Part shown: positions 7,789-14,618 of the stretch, piece after piece
How positions within the stretch are numbered: the first letter of the stretch is position 1
Layout: every line of letters begins with the position of its first letter
IMG/VR virus record: IMGVR_UViG_3300023283_000070
Span: 1-41,701 of that record
From: a virus
Taxonomy: Duplodnaviria > Caudoviricetes
Direction: 5' to 3' (one strand)
Length of the DNA: 41,701 nucleotides
Notes under the pieces: model-generated
What the model was told of the DNA's origin: nothing
What the model saw: only the letters and a program-made list of their open reading frames with translations
Databases searched by the model: none
Translations under genes and position numbers: made by a program

Positions 7789-9185
7789 GCGTACTCGGGG
7801 ATCTACTTGCCCGGTTCGGGCGCGGGTTCAAGGCCGCCGAGGAGAAGAAGCTCCCCGGCGAGCAGGCGCCGAACGACCTGGAGCTGGGCCGTCGCGCGAC
7901 GCCGGAGAACGCCACGAAGTACCTGTACCGGGCGATGTGGGTCGATTCCGACGTCCGCCAGGCCATCCTCGAGATTCGGGACATGGATCGGCAGGACGGA
8001 CGAGTCAAGCGCGTCCACGGTCGCAGCGCGCGGGCGGCGGTGAAGGGGGGCCTCAAGATCCGCGGTGCCAGCGGCCAGGAGCGTGTCCACCGTCGCTGGC
8101 ACGATTTCGAGCGCCGTCTCGGCCTGAACCGCCGGGAGAAGCTGCAGAGCGACATGCGCGGGCTGATGATGGAGGGGAACCTGCCCGCGCAGTGGGTGCT
8201 CGACGCCGAGGGGCAGCGCGTCGTGCGCGTGCTGCGGATGCCGACGGAGACGCTGCTGCCCGACGTGCTCCCGAACGGCACCTTCCGGAACCCGCGGGAG
8301 GCCTACACGCAGTTCGATCTGAGCACGGGCGCTCGCCTCGCCGTGTTCCCGCTCTGGCAGCTCACGTGCGGCCGCCTCGAGCCGGACAACTTCGACGACG
8401 TCGGCGCCCTCGGCCGGCCGTATCTGGACGCCAGCCGTGCCGTCTGGAAGAAACTCACGATGACCGAGGAGGACCTGGTGATCCGCCGTCGGATGCGTGC
8501 GCCGCTCCGCGTCTCCCACGTGCTGGAGGGGGCGGGAGAGGAGTACCTGGACCGCTACCGCAAACAGAACGAGCAGGCGCAGTCGGAGGGCGTCACGACC
8601 GATTACTACACCAACGTCAAGGGATCCATCACGGCCCTGCAGGGGGACGCCAGCCTGGATCAGATCGCGGACGTGGAGTATCTGCTCGACACATTTTTCG
8701 CCGGCGCGCCGGCGCCGAAGGGGCTGTTCGGCTACACGGGGGATCTCGCCCGGGACATCCTCGACGACCTGAAACGCGACTACTTCGACGAACTCGACGC
8801 CATGCAGGACACCCTATCGCAGGTCTACCGCTGCGGCTTCGAGCTCGAGCTGCTCCTCGCGGGCATGGACCCCGACAACTTCGACTTCGAGGTCGTGTTC
8901 GCCGAGCGCAAGACGGACACGCCGAACCAGCGCGCCGACCTGGCGCTCAAGTACTCGGCGCTCGGTTTGCCGAAGCGGATGGTGTGGGACGCCGCCGGGT
9001 TCGACGCCGAGGCCGTCGAGCAGGAGCTCGAGGTCGAGCGCGAGCGGTCCGACCCGTTCCCGGACGAGAGCGCCATCAACCCGCCGCAGGCGGGCGCCGG
9101 CCCGGGGCGTGTGAGCGTGACGCCTGGCAATGAGCGCAAGGGCGAGAGCGCCACGACGATCAGCACGAGATCCTCCCAGGGGTGA
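7785..9185 (+). CDS. Portal protein
   Basis: ATG 7785 overlaps the terL stop (ATGA); 466 aa; position between terL and MuF; portal-like GRPYLD..W segment. Confidence 0.8.
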   Translation: MSVLGDLLARFGRGFKAAEEKKLPGEQAPNDLELGRRATPENATKYLYRAMWVDSDVRQAILEIRDMDRQDGRVKRVHGRSARAAVKGGLKIRGASGQERVHRRWHDFERRLGLNRREKLQSDMRGLMMEGNLPAQWVLDAEGQRVVRVLRMPTETLLPDVLPNGTFRNPREAYTQFDLSTGARLAVFPLWQLTCGRLEPDNFDDVGALGRPYLDASRAVWKKLTMTEEDLVIRRRMRAPLRVSHVLEGAGEEYLDRYRKQNEQAQSEGVTTDYYTNVKGSITALQGDASLDQIADVEYLLDTFFAGAPAPKGLFGYTGDLARDILDDLKRDYFDELDAMQDTLSQVYRCGFELELLLAGMDPDNFDFEVVFAERKTDTPNQRADLALKYSALGLPKRMVWDAAGFDAEAVEQELEVERERSDPFPDESAINPPQAGAGPGRVSVTPGNERKGESATTISTRSSQG

Positions 9186-9490
9186 CCAAGGAGGAGCGTG
9201 CCAAGGCGCTCGCGCTGGCGCGGTGCCGGATGCTCCCAGGCTCCGGAGAGAAGCGGTTCGTGCGCAGCATGGTCTATCTGGCGGTCGACGAGCCCGACAC
9301 GGTGCTGACGCCGCCTCAGAAGTGGTACCTGGACACGGTCGTGTACCGCTTCCGACGGCAGCTCGCCGGCCGCGACGACGACTTCGCGATCCCGGCGGCG
9401 GCGCCAGACCGCGCGGACTATCTGGCGGCGGCCGAGGAGCGCCGCGCACGCCGCAACCGCGGCCGCCCGGTGCAAGGGAACCTGCTCTGA
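9182..9490 (+). CDS. Hypothetical protein (102 aa)
   Basis: Translationally coupled to both the portal and MuF genes; normal codon bias. Confidence 0.7.
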   Translation: MTKEERAKALALARCRMLPGSGEKRFVRSMVYLAVDEPDTVLTPPQKWYLDTVVYRFRRQLAGRDDDFAIPAAAPDRADYLAAAEERRARRNRGRPVQGNLL

Positions 9491-12400
9491 TGGCGTCGAT
9501 CCCGCAGGACGTCAGCGCCAACAGCCGCACCCAGCGGAAGGCGGCCATCAAGCGCGCGGCCCGGCGCGCGCGCCTGGAGCTCCGCACCCTCGACGCCGAG
9601 GCGCGCGCCGGCCTCACCGAGGTCTACAGGCGCGCACGGGACGACATCAAGACGGCGATCCTTCACGTCGCGCAGCCCGCAGGGAACGTCCGCCTCGAGG
9701 TCCTGCAGGACCTACTCAGGCAGGTGGAGGGGCGAATCACGGCCCTCGGCGCCGGCCGCGACGCCGCCCTCGCCACGCACCAGGCCGCGGCCGCGAAGAT
9801 CGGAGTGTCTCCGTTCGCGGAGGACGTCGCCTCGCTCGGCACCTCGCTCTCGAAGGTGTCTGACGACGCCGTCCAGTTCGTGCGCCGGTTCGTCGCCGCG
9901 GACGGCCTCCAGCTCTCCGATCGGTTGTGGCGCCTCGACATGCACGCCCGCGAGATCATCGGGCAGGAGATCCAGACGCGGGTGATCCAGGGCCATTCGG
10001 CGAGCAAGGCGGCCGAGGAGTTCCTGCTGGGCGGACAGCAGGCGCCGGCCTTTCTCGTCGAGAAGATCGGCCAAGCGCAGGCCGAGAAGATCGCGAACGT
10101 CGCCGGCGCCAAGCTGCTCGGCGGCAAGGGAAGCCCGCACGCGAACGCGCTCCGGGTGTTCCGCACCGAGATCAACCGCGCTCACGGCGAGGCCTTCCGC
10201 GCGGCTGCCTTCGAGCACCCGGACGTCGTCGGGACACGATTCCTGCTCTCGCCGAACCACCCGCGGCCGGATATCTGTGACATGCACGCGCGCGTGAACC
10301 GGTACGGGCTCGGCCCGGGCGTCTACCCGCGGGGGCGCTCTCCCTGGCCGGCGCACCCGAACACGCTCAGCTTCGAGGAACCGGTATTCCGCGACGAGGT
10401 CACTGACGAGGATCGCGCCGGCAAGGAGACGCGGATCGAGTGGCTGCAGCAGCAGCCGCCCGGAGTGCGCGTCGGCGTGCTCGGGGGTACGCGGAAGGCG
10501 CAGGCCTTCGCGCACGGCCTGATCGCGGAGAGCGAGATCGCGACGCCTTGGCGGGTGCTGCGGCCGCGCCTGGAGAAGAAGGGGTTCAGCTTCACTCACT
10601 CGCCCGAGCTCGCGAGCGAGTTCGAGGACGCGGCCCGCAACCAGGCGCAGATCATCGCCGAGGCGGCGGCGTTCGAGGCGGCGAAGGCCGAGCTGCGCGA
10701 GCAGGCCGCCGCCGCCGCGGAGCGTGCCAAGGAGGCCGCCGCGCAGCGCGCCGCGCAGATCGAGATTGACGCAATCGAAGCGACCGGCACGGGCTTCGCC
10801 GCGAAGGCGCTCACGAAGCTCAAGAAGTCGGGGGAGATCGACGCCGACACGCCGCCCGCGCAGGCGCTCGAGAAGGTGCAGGCCGAGGCCGCGGCACTCG
10901 AACAGAAGAAGAAGACCCAGAGCGGCCTGTCGAAGTACAAGTCCGCCATCGTCGCCGGCAAGGCGCCACCGCCCGCCGGCGTCACGGCAGTGGAGTCGCT
11001 CACGGACGCCGAGCGGGCCGAGTTCCTCGCCGGCGTCGAGGCGGCGGTGAAGAAGAAGAAGAAGCAGTTCCAGTCGGGGAAGTCGAAGTACAAGCAGGCG
11101 GTGCTTCAGGGGAAGGACCCGCCTCCCGCGGCGGTCGCCGCGTTCGATTCGATGACCGCGGCCGAGCAGAAGGCGTTCCTGGAGGAGATCGAGGCCGCGA
11201 AGATCAAGCAGGCGGCCGAGGCGCTCCAGGCCGGGGAGCTCCGCTTCGCCGACTTCGAGCGCGTCGGTCCACAGGGCGGTTCCAACCCCGGGGGGCTGTT
11301 CCGGCACCAGGTCACCGGAGAGCAGTGGTACATCAAGACGCCGGCGAGCGAGGACATCGCCCGCAACGAGGTCCTCGCCGGCGCCCTCTACCGCGCCGTG
11401 GGCGTCGAGGTCCCGGAGCTCCGTCTGCTCGAGGTCGACGGCAAGCCCGGCGTCGCTTCGCGCATCGTCGAGGGCCTCGGACAGGACGCCGCGGCGCTGC
11501 GCGCGGCTCGTGTCGCGGGGGTGCACGAGGGCTTCGCCGTGGATGCGTGGCTCGCGAACTGGGACGTGGTCGGTCTCGAGTTCGACAACCTGCTGGTGAA
11601 GGGCGGTCGGGCGCTCCGGGTGGATACGGGCGGGGCGCTGCGCTACCGCGCGCAGGGCGGACTCAAGGGCGCACGGTGGGGGCCGGTCGTGGAGGAGCTA
11701 GACACGTTGCGCAACCCGCAGACGAACCCGCAGGCCGCTTCCGTGTTCGGCTCCATCACCCGCGAGCAGCTCGAGGCGTCCGTGGCCCGGGTGCTGGCCG
11801 TCGACGACGACGAGATCCGCCGCCTGGTCGAGGGGCTGGGCCCGCGCGACGCCGCGGCGCGCCGCGAGCTCGTCGAGACTCTGCTGGCGCGCCAGCAGGA
11901 TCTGGGGCGGCGCTTCCCTGCCCTCGCCCGCCAGCGGCCGGCGCCGGCGCCGGCGGACGCCGGCGCGCGCATCACCGAGGAGGAGCTCGGGTTCATCCGC
12001 GAGGCCCGGCTGAACGGCTACGCCGTGAACACGGACAAGGGCGACGTCGAGGACCAGTCCGTGCTGGTGTGGCACGAGCTCGACGAGTCCGGGGCGCCGG
12101 TCACGGTCGCCGTCCTCAAGGTGCGCGAGCAGGCGAAGGTGGCGATCGGACGGCTGGTGAAGGAGTCGGGTGGCGACAGCGCCACGTTCGACGACCGCGG
12201 CGCCCACGCGAAGGTGCTGGAGGCGGTCAAGGGCGTCGGGATGCAGGCCAGCAAGAGCGACGTGCTCCGCGACAAGGACATCGCCCGGATCCGGGAGGCG
12301 CGGACGGTGTTCGATGCCGCTGTCGCCGAGATTCAGCGCCGTGACGGCGCGCCCGTCGCGCGCGGCTTCCGGGCGCACTTCGAGCCCTGGATCCAGGCGC

Positions 12401-13596
12401 TGGAGGCCTCGCTCGAGCGCCACACGGCCCGTGGCGGCCCCGCCTTCTGGTCGGCGCCCGGAGGGCGGCTGCTCGAGCAGTTCGTGGCGCCGGTGGTCGA
12501 CACCGGACAGGTGCCGCGAGTTCGTTTCGAGCGCGTCTCCGGCGTCTGGCGCAAGAAGAAGATCTCCCGCGGTCACGCGCAGCTTACCGCGGAGCATAAC
12601 TACACGACCGGGCATACCTGGCAGGCAACGCTCGCGAACGGCGTCACGGTGCGCTACTGGCCTGACACCGGGGACGTCCCGTTCGCGCTTCGCAACCGCC
12701 TCGAGCTCGAGTCCCCCGGCAACGCGGCGTCGGATGGGGCGCGCCTGTTCGAGGCGCTCGACGAGCTCGGCGTCGACTCGAGCCGGGCGACGTCGATCGA
12801 CACGGAGGAGCTCTACCTGCGCCGGGTCGCCTACCACCTGCGGGACGGGTTCCGGGACTTCGAGGCGGCGGTGAATGGCGTCCAGGACCAGTCCGAGCGG
12901 GTCGCCGCGATGCAGGCCTGGGTCAGCCAGCACCTCGGATCGGACATCACGCAGTCGCCGCTGTACCGGCCGGAGGGTGCCCGGGAGGCCTTCAACCAGG
13001 GCCGGCGCCACCAGGTGCGGCCCGACCTGTTCGGTCCCCGGTGGGAACGGTTCACCGCCGGCTACGTGCTGCACCACCGCATCACACAGTCGCGTGGCAT
13101 CGCGGCGGCGCTCGACAGGGTGCTCGAGAGCGGGGGGGTGATGGCGCCGACCACCGAGAAGCTGCGCCGCGGGCTGACGATCGGAGGGATGAGTCCAGCG
13201 TCGGATCTCGGGACGGGCGGCGCCAGCTACTTCTTCACGCGAGTCCAGACGCGCGCGACCGCGCAGGGACACGAGGGGCTCAACTGGAAGGCGGACCACC
13301 TGGCGCGCCTCGACGCGATCAGCTACTCGTCGGACCAGTTCGGTCGCGTGACCAGCCCGGACTTTGTGCTCGGGCACCGCCGCACGGGCATCGACGAGTG
13401 GCGCGCGACGGCGCGCAGCGGCAGCAACGAGACGATCTTCAAGGACGGGCTCTCCATCTTCGACGCGCTCGACAGCATCCGCGTGAGAGCGAGCGATCTC
13501 GACAAGGTGATGAAGGTGCTCGAGAAGCACAAGATTAGGGAATGGCCCGACGGCCGGCCGCTGAGCGAGGTCGTCAAGGTGGTCGGGAGGGACTGA
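9490..13596 (+). CDS. MuF (Mu gpF/SPP1 gp7-like) head protein with C-terminal kinase-like and ADP-ribosyltransferase-like domains (1368 aa)
   Basis: ATG 9490 (TGATG overlap); MuF motifs RTEINRAH, DICD..A, PAHPN; kinase motifs GGSNPGG, WYIK, NEVLA, DAWLANWD, VDTGG; ART-like LHH, GGASYFFTR, SNETIFK. Confidence 0.8.
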   Translation: MASIPQDVSANSRTQRKAAIKRAARRARLELRTLDAEARAGLTEVYRRARDDIKTAILHVAQPAGNVRLEVLQDLLRQVEGRITALGAGRDAALATHQAAAAKIGVSPFAEDVASLGTSLSKVSDDAVQFVRRFVAADGLQLSDRLWRLDMHAREIIGQEIQTRVIQGHSASKAAEEFLLGGQQAPAFLVEKIGQAQAEKIANVAGAKLLGGKGSPHANALRVFRTEINRAHGEAFRAAAFEHPDVVGTRFLLSPNHPRPDICDMHARVNRYGLGPGVYPRGRSPWPAHPNTLSFEEPVFRDEVTDEDRAGKETRIEWLQQQPPGVRVGVLGGTRKAQAFAHGLIAESEIATPWRVLRPRLEKKGFSFTHSPELASEFEDAARNQAQIIAEAAAFEAAKAELREQAAAAAERAKEAAAQRAAQIEIDAIEATGTGFAAKALTKLKKSGEIDADTPPAQALEKVQAEAAALEQKKKTQSGLSKYKSAIVAGKAPPPAGVTAVESLTDAERAEFLAGVEAAVKKKKKQFQSGKSKYKQAVLQGKDPPPAAVAAFDSMTAAEQKAFLEEIEAAKIKQAAEALQAGELRFADFERVGPQGGSNPGGLFRHQVTGEQWYIKTPASEDIARNEVLAGALYRAVGVEVPELRLLEVDGKPGVASRIVEGLGQDAAALRAARVAGVHEGFAVDAWLANWDVVGLEFDNLLVKGGRALRVDTGGALRYRAQGGLKGARWGPVVEELDTLRNPQTNPQAASVFGSITREQLEASVARVLAVDDDEIRRLVEGLGPRDAAARRELVETLLARQQDLGRRFPALARQRPAPAPADAGARITEEELGFIREARLNGYAVNTDKGDVEDQSVLVWHELDESGAPVTVAVLKVREQAKVAIGRLVKESGGDSATFDDRGAHAKVLEAVKGVGMQASKSDVLRDKDIARIREARTVFDAAVAEIQRRDGAPVARGFRAHFEPWIQALEASLERHTARGGPAFWSAPGGRLLEQFVAPVVDTGQVPRVRFERVSGVWRKKKISRGHAQLTAEHNYTTGHTWQATLANGVTVRYWPDTGDVPFALRNRLELESPGNAASDGARLFEALDELGVDSSRATSIDTEELYLRRVAYHLRDGFRDFEAAVNGVQDQSERVAAMQAWVSQHLGSDITQSPLYRPEGAREAFNQGRRHQVRPDLFGPRWERFTAGYVLHHRITQSRGIAAALDRVLESGGVMAPTTEKLRRGLTIGGMSPASDLGTGGASYFFTRVQTRATAQGHEGLNWKADHLARLDAISYSSDQFGRVTSPDFVLGHRRTGIDEWRATARSGSNETIFKDGLSIFDALDSIRVRASDLDKVMKVLEKHKIREWPDGRPLSEVVKVVGRD
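10903..11200 (+). repeat. Two tandem 51-aa repeats inside the MuF protein
   Basis: QSGLSKYKSAIVAGKAPPPAGVTAVESLTDAERAEFL versus QSGKSKYKQAVLQGKDPPPAAVAAFDSMTAAEQKAFL, 153 nt apart. Confidence 0.85.
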
Positions 13597-13598
13597 GC

Positions 13599-13940
13599 AT
13601 GGATCTGTTCGAGGCCTTCGAGCGCAGGCTGCCGCTAGTGGTGGTGGTGGCGCCCGACAACGAGCGCCTGGTCGGCGCCCTGTTCCGGCGCGAGCGTGGC
13701 GTCGCCTGGGCCGACGCCGGCTGGCCGGATGCTACGTGGCAGCCGTTCCACGTCCTCGAGGGGAAGGTGTCGGGGGAGGGTCCGTGGCAGGTCGGCGGTA
13801 CCGAGATCCGCCTGGCCGTCGACGGCGAGCGGTTGATGGAGGACTGGCGCGGCTGGCGCGAGTTCCGGGCGAGCGAGGACGGTCGGCGCTTCACGCCGGC
13901 CGCGGCCGCGGCGGAGGCCCGCCGCAGGGGGGTGCTGTAG
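13599..13940 (+). CDS. Hypothetical protein, candidate immunity protein (113 aa)
   Basis: ATG 13599, 2 nt after the MuF stop, with GGAGG RBS; Trp-rich. Confidence 0.7.
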   Translation: MDLFEAFERRLPLVVVVAPDNERLVGALFRRERGVAWADAGWPDATWQPFHVLEGKVSGEGPWQVGGTEIRLAVDGERLMEDWRGWREFRASEDGRRFTPAAAAAEARRRGVL

Positions 13941-14269
13941 TGTGGATCTTCGCCAGGCAAGGGTTCGTGTCCGTCGTGGAGCACCGTGAGCGGCGCCGGA
14001 TGCTGCTCGTACGGGGGCGCTTCGCCGGCGACGTCGAGGCGGTGTTCCCCGAGGCCGAGGGGCAGGTCGTCGAAACCCCGGACGCGGACTACCGATTCCG
14101 CGCCGAGCTCGATCGGACCGCCGTCGCGCTGCGGCTCGTCGACCTGGTTTTCGAGCTGGACTATCCGAACTTCAAGGCGTCGCTCCCGCCTGAGGCGCTC
14201 GATCGTCGCGAGGTCTATTCCGACGTCTGGCACCTGATGGCGCAGCACCAGGCCAGCGCGGGGGCGTGA
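13940..14269 (+). CDS. Conserved-looking hypothetical protein (109 aa), candidate second partner of MuF
   Basis: GTG 13940 overlaps the previous stop; MWIF..GFVSVV, LLVRGR, ADYRFRA, LDYPNFK pattern. Confidence 0.75.
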   Translation: MWIFARQGFVSVVEHRERRRMLLVRGRFAGDVEAVFPEAEGQVVETPDADYRFRAELDRTAVALRLVDLVFELDYPNFKASLPPEALDRREVYSDVWHLMAQHQASAGA

Positions 14270-14463
14270 TCGGCGCGAGCTCCTCGCCTTCGGTGCGAGC
14301 CCTGCGCCCGGAGGTCCGGTGTGCCCGGTGTAGACGGGTGCTATTCGACGGCGTGGTCATCAAGTCGCGCGTGGTGCGCCTTCTGCCGGCCGGTGGCGAG
14401 GCGAAGTGCAAATGCAAGGCGTGGGTGCGAGTCCCCGTCACCTACCGTGAATCAGACACCTAG
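14266..14463 (+). CDS. Com-like zinc-finger protein (65 aa)
   Basis: EVRCARCRRVLF...EAKCKC resembles the Mu Com RCxxCxKLL..KCxxC pattern; coupled to the upstream stop. Confidence 0.55.
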   Translation: MIGASSSPSVRALRPEVRCARCRRVLFDGVVIKSRVVRLLPAGGEAKCKCKAWVRVPVTYRESDT

Positions 14464-14464
14464 A

Positions 14465-14493
14465 TTGCAAATGCCCGGGGGTGCGGCTAGTCT
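14465..14493 (+). promoter_or_regulatory. sigma70-like promoter for the capsid operon
   Basis: TTGCAA-N17-TAGTCT in intergenic DNA. Confidence 0.55.
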
Positions 14494-14561
14494 GTACGGG
14501 AGCCGACTGATCCCAAGGCGATGAGGGCACGGCGCCGCCAGCGTGTGGCGCCGCGGAATCC

Positions 14562-14618
14562 GAAAGCCGGGCGTCCGCGAGCGATCCGCGGGCGCCCGGC
14601 TTTTTTCGTTTCGGGGCC
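14562..14618 (+). terminator. Terminator/attenuator-like hairpin in the capsid leader
   Basis: 17-bp stem (14563-14579 with 14587-14603) followed by a T6 tract, 12 nt before the GTG start. Confidence 0.65.

Noticed and set aside
14500-14580. Hammerhead ribozyme (CTGA..GATGAG..GAAA..GTC)
   Set aside because: The CUGAUGA core is not contiguous and the stems do not close correctly
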